In this document: in pieces, positions 40,427 through 49,573 of the stretch
Position numbering within the stretch: the first letter of the stretch is position 1
How the letters are laid out: each line of letters opens with the position of its first letter
Source of the DNA: a bacterium
Lineage (GTDB): Bacteria > UBA8248 > JACPRG01 > G963555815
Direction: 5' to 3'
Assembly: GCA_965218795.1 (NCBI GenBank)
Contig: OZ244653.1
Span: forward strand, 4,928,001-4,992,000
DNA: 64,000 bases
Made by a program: the position numbers and the translations under genes
Notes under the pieces: generated by a model
What the model was told of the DNA's origin: nothing
Seen by the model: only the letters and a program-made list of their open reading frames with translations
Databases searched by the model: none

Positions 40427-42763
40427 TCAACCCCCTTCGCTGTCCGCTTGTTCCCTGATGATGGCGTGGAGGCGTGATGGAGTGAGCGGGGTTTCCCGCA
40501 GTCGGACGCCCCACGGACGAAGCGCGTCCTCAATCGCGGAGACCACGGCGGCGATGGCGCCAATCGTTCCGCATTCTCCGACCCCTTTCACCCCCGAGGG
40601 GACATGTGGGCATGGGGTCTCGATGTGAAGGGTTTCGATCGGGGGTACGTCGGTCGACAAAGGCAGCAGGTAATCCAGAAGCGTCGACGCCTGCGGGTTT
40701 CCGTTCTCATCAAAGACCAATTCTTCGATCAAGACGTCCCCGACTCCGTGGGCGACCCCTCCGTGGATTTGCCCGTCGACGAGCAGCGGATTGATCACCT
40801 TGCCGCAATCATGTCCCGCGATATAGCGCAAGACTTCCACAAAGCCGGTTTCCGGATCGACCTCGACCACCGCCACGTGGCATCCGGAGGAAAAAGAGGA
40901 TTGGCTCGGGGCGAAATATTCCTCTGCCTCAAGACCCGGCGTGACGGAGGGCGGGAGGATGGCGCCCAGGCTGCCAATGGAAAACTGAGCCAGCTCACCG
41001 AGCGAGGCCGATCGTTCGGGCATTCCTTTGACGTACACCTTGCCGCCGCCGAACACGAGGTCCTCCCGGGGGGCTTCCAGCTTTTCCGAAGCTAAAAGGA
41101 GGGCCTTCTCTTGAACGCTTCCCGCGGACAACAGAATAGCCGATGAGGCGATGGCTGCGCTGCGGCTCGCGACCGTGCCAACGCCGTAAGGGATGTGCCG
41201 GGTATCGCCCGTAGTCACCTTGATGTTTTCCATCGGTATTTCGAGCGCGTCCGCGACCACCTGGGCGAAGGTCGTTTCATGGCCCTGCCCCTGGGGGCAG
41301 GCGCCGGTCGCGACGACGACCCGGCCGGTCGGCTCCACCCGAATCTTTGCGCCTTCGAAAGGGCCGACGCTCGTTTCTTCAATGTTGCATGCAATCCCAA
41401 CACCGACGAGTTTCGCCCGCCGGTCCCCTGACCGCTGTTTTCGCAGGTCTTCGTATCCCGCCCGGGTCAGCGTTTTCTTGAGGAGGGCCGGGAAGTCGCC
41501 GCTGTCGTAGGTCATGATGCCCGTTCGGGCGGGCAGCCCGACTTCATAGGGGAATTCGTCCGCCTGAACGAAATTCCGGATTCGGACTTCCGCCGGATCC
41601 AGCTTCAGCGTCCGGGCGATGTGGTCCATCGTCCGCTCGATGATGAAAGTCCCTTCCGGTCTTCCGGCCCCGCGGACCGGCGCGCAGGGGACCCGGTGGG
41701 TGTAAGCCACCTCCATCTCCGCGGCGTAATGCCGGAGCTTGTAAAGCCCCGGCACGTGCATGACGGTCAGCATCGGGTTCACCAATCCGTAAACGGGGTA
41801 GGCCCCGCTGTCGACCAGGGATGTCAGCTTCAGGGCGTGGATGTGTCCCTCTTCATCGAAGCCGACGGTTACTTGATGGACCTGCTCCCTCTCCTGAACC
41901 CCGGCCAGGATGTTCTCCAAGCGGTCTTCGATCCACTTCACGGGCCGCCGCAGCCGGATTGCCAGCCATGGGAGAACCAGGTCTTCGGGATAAAATATGG
42001 CCTTGGGTCCGAACCCGCCCCCCACGTCGGGCGCACTGACTTCGATGCTCTCCTCGGGCCGGCCGAGGAGCAGTGCCAGGCGTTGACGGACCACGTGGGG
42101 AACCTGGGTGGAGGCGAACACCTTGAGCCGGTCGACCATGGGGTCGTACCCGGCCAGGATGCCACGGCATTCCATCGACCCGGCGGCGCCCCGCTGAATT
42201 CGCAGCTCGAAGCTTTCGACGAGGGGCGATTCCTTCAGGACCTGGTCCGGGTCGCCCATCCCGACCTTTACACTGGCCTGTCGATTGTCGCCGAGCTCAT
42301 CCTGGACAAGGGGCGCGCCGTCCTGAAATGCCTCGGCGGGATGGCTTGCCGCGGGGAGCACTTCATATTCAACCGATGCCGCCTCCAGGGCGTCCTCCGC
42401 CTCCGCCCGTGTCCCCGCCACGGTCACAGCGACGGGTTCTCCGACAAATCGCACCCTCTCCTTCGCTAAAGCGCACCAGTTGTTTCCCCGGATGGCGGGA
42501 TGGGGCGGCTGGATGGGGAAAGGCCCCAAGGCGGACCCCAGGTCTTCTGCGGAAAAAGCGGCAATGGCTCCCCTTGAAGCACATCCGGAGAGGTCAACCT
42601 TCCGGATCCTGGCATGGGCGTACGGCGAACGAAGGAACGCTGCATGAAGTGCATCCGGGCACGGGACGTCATCCACATACCGGCCCGCGCCCGTCAGGAG
42701 TCTTTGATCTTCAAACCGGTGAACTCTTGCGCCGAAAAACCTGGGGTTTGATGGAAAATTCAA
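40427..42763 (-). CDS. CoxL/CutL-like molybdopterin-binding large subunit (not form I CODH)
   Basis: EDQRLLTGAGRYVDD, VGGGFGPK, PVRGAGRPE, YDSGD, QGQGHET, GQIHGG, KGVGE. Confidence 0.9.
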   Translation of the reverse strand: MNFPSNPRFFGARVHRFEDQRLLTGAGRYVDDVPCPDALHAAFLRSPYAHARIRKVDLSGCASRGAIAAFSAEDLGSALGPFPIQPPHPAIRGNNWCALAKERVRFVGEPVAVTVAGTRAEAEDALEAASVEYEVLPAASHPAEAFQDGAPLVQDELGDNRQASVKVGMGDPDQVLKESPLVESFELRIQRGAAGSMECRGILAGYDPMVDRLKVFASTQVPHVVRQRLALLLGRPEESIEVSAPDVGGGFGPKAIFYPEDLVLPWLAIRLRRPVKWIEDRLENILAGVQEREQVHQVTVGFDEEGHIHALKLTSLVDSGAYPVYGLVNPMLTVMHVPGLYKLRHYAAEMEVAYTHRVPCAPVRGAGRPEGTFIIERTMDHIARTLKLDPAEVRIRNFVQADEFPYEVGLPARTGIMTYDSGDFPALLKKTLTRAGYEDLRKQRSGDRRAKLVGVGIACNIEETSVGPFEGAKIRVEPTGRVVVATGACPQGQGHETTFAQVVADALEIPMENIKVTTGDTRHIPYGVGTVASRSAAIASSAILLSAGSVQEKALLLASEKLEAPREDLVFGGGKVYVKGMPERSASLGELAQFSIGSLGAILPPSVTPGLEAEEYFAPSQSSFSSGCHVAVVEVDPETGFVEVLRYIAGHDCGKVINPLLVDGQIHGGVAHGVGDVLIEELVFDENGNPQASTLLDYLLPLSTDVPPIETLHIETPCPHVPSGVKGVGECGTIGAIAAVVSAIEDALRPWGVRLRETPLTPSRLHAIIREQADSEGG

Positions 42764-42978
42764 TCTCTGCCTTCTCCAGGATGATTCCTTCTTCGTTCCG
42801 GGGTGCGGGTATTCGTTGATTTCGGATGGCGACTCAATCGGCGGATCGGATGCCGATTGGATGGGCGAATCCGATTCCCCCTTTCAAACTCTCCTGTTAG
42901 CCAGACTCGATCTGCGAGAGGTTCCAGTTTAACCGGTTTTCCGGCGGTGGGGTCCAGCGAATTGGTCAACCTTCGCAC

Positions 42979-43560
42979 TCAAGCGCCATTCGAGACTGGA
43001 CTGCAAAGTTTGGTCCGGCCCATCCAGATTAAAGCGAAAGACAATGCAATCATCCCCAGGAGCCCCGCGCCAATAGCGGACCATGCCAGCGGCTCCATCC
43101 CCGATCCGATGACGCGAAATCGAAATGCATCGGAGGAGAGCGCCCCGCCTGGCGCATCCAGGAGCCGCACCTGGATGCGATGACTCCCTCGGACCCGGAA
43201 GCGGGTCTGCGTTCTGAATCCGCCGGGCTGATATCTTTCCGCTTTGGAAACCCAGGGGACATCCGGATTGACATCCGACCATGCCCGAACGATCACCCGG
43301 CCCTCATGGTGTTTCGATTTCGTCCGGTTGTAAACGAAGGCCGTGAGATCGACATCTTCTTCGACCTTGGGTTGTTTCGGAGAAATATTGACGCGAATCC
43401 AATAGTCGCCATATCCCTTGACGAATGAGAGAAATTCCTTTCCTGAGCCGGGATGGTCGGATCGAGCGTTCCCTGGGAGCCCCCATTGGAGCCAAAGGGC
43501 GACTGCGAGAAAACAGACAATGCGGAAGATGGTAGGGCCGTTCAATTTCGCAGGGAACAC
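42979..43560 (-). CDS. Membrane-anchored periplasmic protein (Ig-like, FixH/YtkA-like architecture)
   Basis: Signal peptide, beta-rich core, C-terminal TM helix. Confidence 0.5.
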   Translation of the reverse strand: MFPAKLNGPTIFRIVCFLAVALWLQWGLPGNARSDHPGSGKEFLSFVKGYGDYWIRVNISPKQPKVEEDVDLTAFVYNRTKSKHHEGRVIVRAWSDVNPDVPWVSKAERYQPGGFRTQTRFRVRGSHRIQVRLLDAPGGALSSDAFRFRVIGSGMEPLAWSAIGAGLLGMIALSFALIWMGRTKLCSPVSNGA

Positions 43561-43612
43561 ATTGGTGTCCAGACTGGTTCGCTTTTGTGAATTCGGTCAG
43601 GATTTGCCGGAT

Positions 43613-44380
43613 TCAAGGGCCGGCGCACTTTTTCATCTCGAGACGCAGCTTTGCCGGCAGCGGAATTGTAAACCGGACACGCGAGATCCCTTCCCGCGGT
43701 ACCATGATTCGCTCCTCTCCAGTCCCGAGGAACTCATGCCAATATTGGACGGTTCGGGGACCGGGCGGGACATCCTCAATCCGAAAAATTCCGCGTGGTG
43801 AGCTCGTTGTAAAGAGCGGATGATCGAACGCCCGGATGTTCATCCTCATCCAGGGATGCCCGGGCGACCTGATGGACTCCCTGGCTGGTTGACTGAAACG
43901 CACGATTTTCCGTTTACCCCGTTGACTCAGCATAAAGGTCAGGTTCTTTTTCTTTGAGGCGGATTCTATTCGGACGGGTTTGCGCAACCCGTTGACGAAC
44001 GCCACTCGTTCGCCGGTTACGATCGCAAGGACGCGGGGTTCAAACCCGGCGGCCGTCGTCTTGATCACTCTCAGTTTGCGGCTCCTCCGCAGCTTCAGTG
44101 GGTCGGAGGGTTGGGAAACAAGGGAAACCATTGCATCTTCAATGGTCCCCCCCTTCGCGATTTTCAGGCCGAAGGCCAGACTTGCGCATTCGGCCTGATC
44201 GGCAAGCTCATGGATTTTCATCCCGGGATTTGAATAACGCTGGATCAGACGGGCGTATTCCGGCGCCGACTGAAATTCGCTCAGGCGGATCCGACCAATG
44301 ACCGTACCGGCTGTTGTGGGGCTCTCCAGCACGATCATGCTGATTCCGATGAGCAGACACTTCAGAGCACCGCGTATCAT
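43613..44380 (-). CDS. Secreted protein with cupredoxin-like and carboxypeptidase-regulatory-like domains
   Basis: FEPRVL, HPWM...FDHPLFTT...GIFRIEDVPPG...WHEFLG. Confidence 0.65.
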   Translation of the reverse strand: MIRGALKCLLIGISMIVLESPTTAGTVIGRIRLSEFQSAPEYARLIQRYSNPGMKIHELADQAECASLAFGLKIAKGGTIEDAMVSLVSQPSDPLKLRRSRKLRVIKTTAAGFEPRVLAIVTGERVAFVNGLRKPVRIESASKKKNLTFMLSQRGKRKIVRFSQPARESIRSPGHPWMRMNIRAFDHPLFTTSSPRGIFRIEDVPPGPRTVQYWHEFLGTGEERIMVPREGISRVRFTIPLPAKLRLEMKKCAGP

Positions 44381-44410
44381 TCCGGAAGGAATATCTCCAA
44401 AGGATTCATC

Positions 44411-44815
44411 CTACAGGGCCTTCAGGTCTTTCAGCGATTTTTCGATTCGTTGAAGAATGGTCAGGATCTCGTCGGGTTCTTCGCCGCTCAATGCCGCACG
44501 GAGAAGTTGGGCGTCCACCTTCAATCTCTTCGCGCGCTCTTTCTTGTCCGGCTCCTGGTAGGCACCCTCCAGCGTCTTTGCGCTTTTCTCGATGTGAACC
44601 GTATCCGTCTTGACCAACTCGATATTGAGGGGTTTTCTCTCCACTTCGGCTCGGATGGAGAAGTAATGTTGGATGATGTCGTTCAGCGGGGCTGCGGTCG
44701 GCGGCGGTGGCGATTCACATGATGCGAGCAACAGTCCACAAGCGAAAAGCGCCAAAGTCCGGGTTAAGGCGAACCGGGTTCGAGGAACAGGGACAGGAAA
44801 TGTGGCCGATGCCAT
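44411..44815 (-). CDS. Hypothetical helical lipoprotein
   Basis: Lipobox LLASC. Confidence 0.6.
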   Translation of the reverse strand: MASATFPVPVPRTRFALTRTLALFACGLLLASCESPPPPTAAPLNDIIQHYFSIRAEVERKPLNIELVKTDTVHIEKSAKTLEGAYQEPDKKERAKRLKVDAQLLRAALSGEEPDEILTILQRIEKSLKDLKAL

Positions 44816-44842
44816 AATTTGTCTCCAATCGTTTCCCCGGGC

Positions 44843-45694
44843 CTACTCGGATTTGAGCGATACGACCCCCGAGAGGGTCCCCCCCTGTTTTCTTCGGACC
44901 CACCGTATAGCTCCGCAAATCAACAACAAGAGTCCAAACGTGCAAATAATCGTCGCGCCTGTCGGAAGGTTGAACTCGTAGGAAAAATAAAGCCCGAACA
45001 GGCTCGTCAGCACGCCGGAAATCCATGCGATCAGCAGCACGGATCGGATCTGCCTCGACAGGAGCATTGCCGAGACGGGGGGGACAATGAGATACGAGAA
45101 TACCAGAAGGACCCCTCCCGTCCTGATCGCAAAGGCGATCACAAACCCGAGTGAGAGGTAAAAAAGAAAGTTCCAGAGGGGGACCGAGAATTCGGCGTCC
45201 TTCGGCCGCTCGTGCTCCTGGGAGAGGAGAATAAACTTTTTTTGGAAGATCCCGTGAAACAAGCCAATGAGCCCAAAGGCGATCGCCATTTGCCAGAGTT
45301 GGCCCGGCGTCACAGCCAATATGTTCCCGAAGAGAAACTGTAACGCGCTGGCCTCACCCGTCGGAGACTTGGCGACGACCAGGATGGCCCCTGCGGAAGC
45401 GACGGCGTAAACGATTCCAATGAACGCCTCATGCGGAATCCGATCGTCGTCGATCCGAACCAATGCAAAGAGCGTCGCCCCCAAGAATGTGAAAAGAATC
45501 GATGTAATGATGGGCTGGAAACCAATCAGCAGGCCCAAAACCACGCCCAGGGACGAAATTTGGGCCAGGGCCAGATCAACGAAGACGATTCCCCGAAGAA
45601 CCACATGAACGCCAAAATAGGCGAGGATCCCTGTCAGTAAAACGCCCGCAAGGAAAGCCTGAATCATGAATGGCAGGGAAAAAAGCTCTAGCAT
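44843..45694 (-). CDS. Mn/Zn-type metal ABC transporter permease
   Basis: FGVHVVLRGIVFVDLALAQ, EAFIGIVY, LFGNIL, GVLLVFSYLIVP, NLPTGA. Confidence 0.9.
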   Translation of the reverse strand: MLELFSLPFMIQAFLAGVLLTGILAYFGVHVVLRGIVFVDLALAQISSLGVVLGLLIGFQPIITSILFTFLGATLFALVRIDDDRIPHEAFIGIVYAVASAGAILVVAKSPTGEASALQFLFGNILAVTPGQLWQMAIAFGLIGLFHGIFQKKFILLSQEHERPKDAEFSVPLWNFLFYLSLGFVIAFAIRTGGVLLVFSYLIVPPVSAMLLSRQIRSVLLIAWISGVLTSLFGLYFSYEFNLPTGATIICTFGLLLLICGAIRWVRRKQGGTLSGVVSLKSE

Positions 45695-45740
45695 GGGTCG
45701 TTCTACCGGCTCAAGATTCCTTTCGGTCAAAGTTGAACAC

Positions 45741-46684
45741 TCACCCATCTCCTGCTGCGCGCAGCAATTCTTCGATGTTCCGATCAAAGAGCTTCAGGTA
45801 GGTTTCTGTTTCATGTTTTTTCCCTAACGAGATGGGCATCACCACGACTTTGGCGCCGGCCGAGCGGGCGACCATGGACGGAGTCGTAGAACTGTAAAAA
45901 GGAACCTGGAGGACCAGGCGGACATCCTCCAACTGCATCTCAGAGATGAGATCCTTCAGGCTTTTGGGAGAAGGCGGGATCCCGGGCCGAGGCTCGATGG
46001 GACGAAGCATTTTCAGCTTGAAGCGTTTGGCGAAGTAGGGCCAGATGTCATGGTAGCTGACAAAGAGCCTCCCCTCCAGCGGGGCCGCTCTTTTCTTCCA
46101 CCCCTCGAGACGCGCTCGAAGCGTCGCCTCGTAGGATCGTTGGTTCGATTGAATGAATTCCCGATTTTTGGATGACACGAAGGCGAGGGCCTGGGCGATG
46201 TTCCCCAAAATGATCGGCCCATTCAGGGGGTCCATCCAGTAATACGGATTGCCTTTGGTGTGGATGTGTTCCCCCGAGGCGATGGTTTTGCGGTCGGGCA
46301 CGTCCAGCCAGGTGATGCCTTTGGAGGCGTCCACGACTATCAGCTTTGAGTTCCCCGCGCTCTTGACGGCCGCCTCGTCCATTCCTCCTCGTCAGAGCCG
46401 GTCCAAATGAAAATCTGGGCCTTGCGGATGCGAAGGATGTCCCGCGGTGTGGCCTGGGACAGGTGCGGATCCTGGTAGGGTTTGCCGATGCTGTAGACGC
46501 GGACCCGGTCCTTACCCAAGACTTCGACGAAGTGCTTCAGGACTGTCGTCGTCGTGACCACCTGGACGGGCTTCGCTGCCGCCGGCGGAACGAATCCACC
46601 CGTCCAGCCCCAGAAGAGAAGCAGGGAGAAGAGAAAGAGACGCATCGGCTTCGCCAACGAATCCCTGTCGGTGAGATTCGTCAT
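45741..46684 (-). CDS. Mn/Zn-type ABC substrate-binding protein, frameshifted near 46380
   Basis: VVTTT...QDPH (46340-46684 frame) joins HIHTKGNPYYWMDP...SYH...IEPRPGIPPS (45741-46382 frame). Confidence 0.82.
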
Positions 46685-46703
46685 CTTTGAACCTGCGCTG
46701 TTG

Positions 46704-47360
46704 TCAATGGCTGCGCTTCTTGCGCTGGGCCGGCGCTCCGTGCTTCTTCTTGGCAGGCTTGTCCCCTTCGACTGCGTGGTCGTGACCCCCTTCTTTCCGA
46801 AGGCTGGACAGGTAGGCCACCAGATCGAGCAGGTCCTGGAGCGTGAGGACGTCGGCGTAGCTCGGCATGGTGGAGAGTCCATCCTCTCCGGCGTACCCCT
46901 TCTCGATCACGATGACCCGGTTTGGATTCAAAATGGACTCGGCAAAGTACTCCGGAGGGTGATGGGAGCCCATGCCGGTCAGGTCGGGACCGACGTCCTC
47001 GGGCCCCCGATCGATAGGCGGAATCTTCTCTCCCCGGACCGAGTGGCACTGGTGGCATTCCAGTTCGATGAACAGCTTCCGTCCCTGGTCGGGGTCGCCA
47101 TGGGGAACCCGGAAGGTCCAGCCTTTCGGTACGCCCGTCTTGTGCAGCTCCTCATACGTGAGGCGGACGGGGGGCGGCGCCTTGCGGCCGGACTTGCTCT
47201 TGTGGGCCAGGATGAGGACGTCCGGTTCGAGTGAGAGCCTGTTCGGTTCTTGCAGAAAACCGACATTGGCTCCCCTCGTGATGCTCGGGCCCAGGACGAG
47301 CGCTCCCGCGGTGATGAGCATGATTCCGGCCTGGAATGTTCTTTTCATCATGCGTTCCAC
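46704..47360 (-). CDS. Monoheme c-type cytochrome with signal peptide
   Basis: GDPDQGRKLF, CHQCH, GPDLT, ESILNP, MPSY. Confidence 0.88.
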   Translation of the reverse strand: MERMMKRTFQAGIMLITAGALVLGPSITRGANVGFLQEPNRLSLEPDVLILAHKSKSGRKAPPPVRLTYEELHKTGVPKGWTFRVPHGDPDQGRKLFIELECHQCHSVRGEKIPPIDRGPEDVGPDLTGMGSHHPPEYFAESILNPNRVIVIEKGYAGEDGLSTMPSYADVLTLQDLLDLVAYLSSLRKEGGHDHAVEGDKPAKKKHGAPAQRKKRSH

Positions 47361-47588
47361 ATCGTCCCCTCACGCTACAGGAGGCGGTCCGATTTTCATC
47401 CGGCCGCCTCCCCCAATCCTCCATTTTCTCCCGTTGTACAGGTTGGCGGGATTTCGTGCAAGAGGGAGCATCCGGGCGATTCGAATTCTTTTCTCTGCTG
47501 GAAGCGGGTGGTACAGATATCGATCCGGGGTTAGAATGGAAAGAGCGGTCGATTGACGCAAATCTTACAGATCGAGGAGATGATTCAG

Positions 47589-48266
47589 ATGGCCGAGAAG
47601 CTCGACATCACCTGTTACGTCTGCTACGTCTGACCTTACGCCTACCGGGCCATGGAATGGCTGGAAAGGCTGAAAAAACGAAGCAACGGCGATATGAAGG
47701 TCACTTACAAGGCCTTTGTTCTCGAACAGGCCAACTTCGCATCACGCCATGAGCCGGGATGGAAAGTTTGGGAGGACAAGGACTTCCCGAGCCGGGATAT
47801 GCCGGCCCTGCAGGCCTCCAAATGCGCTCTGAGGCAGGGAGAGGAGGAATTCCTTCGCTACAACCAACTCCTATTCAGGGCCAGACACCGCAAGAATCTG
47901 GATATTACCAATCAACTGATCCTTTGGGATGTTGCGCGCGAAGCGGGTCTCGATCTGGAACGGTTCTCCGAGGGCATGCGGAACGGAGCCGGCATCAAGG
48001 AAGTAGCCAAGGATCACGAAGAGGCCGTCAAAAAGCACGGAATGTTTGGGGTCCCGACGCTGATTTTCAACAGGGGCGTCCCCGTATTCGTCAAGTTGGA
48101 AGAGGGCCGTTGGGAAAAGAGCTCCAAGCAGGACGCGGAGCTTTTAGACATTCTCCAGCGGAACTCCGAAGGGATGCCTCATGTCCTCGAGATGAAGCAG
48201 CCTGAATCGGCCAAGCTCGCGGAACGATCAGCCGTCAAGTATCGGGCCCATCAGGGGGGCCAGTAA
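47589..48266 (+). CDS. DsbA/FrnE-like thioredoxin-fold selenoprotein; UGA 47631-47633 probably Sec
   Basis: GAGGAG RBS at 47574-47579; MAEKLDITCYVCYV[TGA]PYAYRAMEWL in frame with ORF 47652-48266; GMFGVPT cis-Pro loop. Confidence 0.85.
47640..47670 (+). other. Candidate bacterial SECIS hairpin of the DsbA-like gene
   Basis: Upper stem GCCAT-[GGA]-ATGGC, lower stems CCG/TGG and GCCT/AGGC; loop begins 20 nt after UGA. Confidence 0.65.
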
Positions 48267-48524
48267 CCCAAGGCGGCCCCGGCCATTGCCCGGACACCCC
48301 GAACGGCCTCAGGCGGGAATCGAGAGGGGAAAGGCTGTTTGGCCTTTTCCCTCTTGCGCCTCCGGAAGCCTCGACCCGCCAGACGGTTGGCAGGCCGACA
48401 CGAAGTCACTTCTGAAAGGCGCCGACCGAGCGCTTCGGCTTCATCGTAGGTGTCGACGGGGAATGCGTGCTCCTTTCAGTGTTGTATGGCCATGTCCCGG
48501 GGGACATGGCCATACAATCCTATG

Positions 48525-48668
48525 TTAAGTAACCTGCGCCTCGTCAGCGGTCAGTGCATCCACACGACGAACAGGGATGCCGTCGAACATCATCACCATC
48601 TTCCCGCTGACCTGCTCCATCGTCAGGGTGGAGTTCTTCACCTTGTCGATAATTTGCAGGCGCAGGGC
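48525..48668 (-). pseudogene. C-terminal remnant of a phage major capsid protein
   Basis: LRLQIIDKVKNSTLTMEQVSGKMVMMFDGIPVRRVDALTADEAQVT* resembles the FxGIPxRRVDAL...EA terminus of BPP-1/epsilon15-type capsids. Confidence 0.55.
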
Positions 48669-48674
48669 CAACCA

Positions 48675-48865
48675 ATCCGGGGATGTCCGGGCGATGCACG
48701 GGGCTTCCCGCGGCCAAGACGAGCCGGTCGAAGGGGAGTCGTGTTTCAACCGATTCGGTCTGGACTTCGACCCCCTTGGAATCGAATTGGATGCCGGTTA
48801 CGTTTCTGTACTTGCCAATCGCTGCGGATCGAATATGATGAATAAAGTCAATCTGCGCTTGACCC
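48675..48865 (-). pseudogene. Internal fragment of an NDH-2-like FAD-dependent oxidoreductase
   Basis: VTGIQFDSKGVEV...RLPFDRLVLAAGSPVHRPDIPGL. Confidence 0.55.
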
Positions 48866-48914
48866 CGGTTCCGAGCGTGTTGCAGGCAATTGGAAGGCCG
48901 ATAGCCCGGGAGGC

Positions 48915-49025
48915 ATGAAGATGGTGGACATGGATTTTCTCTTCATTGCAGGTACCATTGGGATGGTGGTGGCAGCCGTCGCACTCGTGATTATTGCCGC
49001 ATTCTCGATATTCCGGAGAAGTTGA
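48915..49025 (+). CDS. 36-aa single-TM small protein
   Basis: GGAGG RBS; MKMVDMDFLFIAGTIGMVVAAVALVIIAAFSIFRRS*; below the ORF-track cutoff. Confidence 0.55.
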   Translation: MKMVDMDFLFIAGTIGMVVAAVALVIIAAFSIFRRS

Positions 49026-49362
49026 GCTGGCTTTGCCCTCCGAATGAAATGCCGCCTTTCCAATGCTCATCTTTCGATCGGAATAGACGGTCGATTCATC
49101 CCTTTTATCTCTGTTCCAAATAGCTCCCAATCAGGGCGAGGAAGGTCTATTCCGCCGGTTATCAGAAGTCATTTTGTCATTCTGGCTGTTGCCTGAGCTT
49201 ATTTGTATTTTATTTGTTTAATTTATGTTTTTATTTTATATTTTGTAGCAAGAGGTGTACAGGCATCAATCTCGATTTTGTCGAGGGGGTCTCGGGGTTA
49301 GACCGAATTTCATGGTTTTTCCCACATATTCCAAATATTGTCCATGAAATTGAACTTTCCGC

Positions 49363-49385
49363 TTGACACCACTATATCTAGTGCG
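49363..49385 (+). promoter_or_regulatory. NrdR box adjoining a TTGACA -35 element upstream of nrdJ
   Basis: TTGACA at 49363-49368, then CACTATATCTAGTG at 49370-49383, matching the NrdR consensus acaCwAtATaTwGtg. Confidence 0.75.
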
Positions 49386-49573
49386 TTACGAATAGTGTTT
49401 CCTCTGGATATTGTGTTTTAAAACATGATACCCGGCAGGATTCGGAACTGGGAACGGCTCAGGGGGAGGATGGCCGAGCTAGGAATCTGAAAACAAGATC
49501 CAGGACCGAATTTTCTCCAAACAAGTTTTGGCAAACAGTCATTCCAAACACCTTAGGGAGGGGGTCATATTTC

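Noticed and set aside
40427-42763. Form I aerobic CO dehydrogenase
   Set aside because: The active-site loop is VRGAGR, not AYxCSFR, and no coxMS or accessory genes are adjacent.
49400-49573. Cobalamin riboswitch before nrdJ
   Set aside because: No B12-box or GCCACTG/GGGAAG core could be found; the NrdR box explains regulation.
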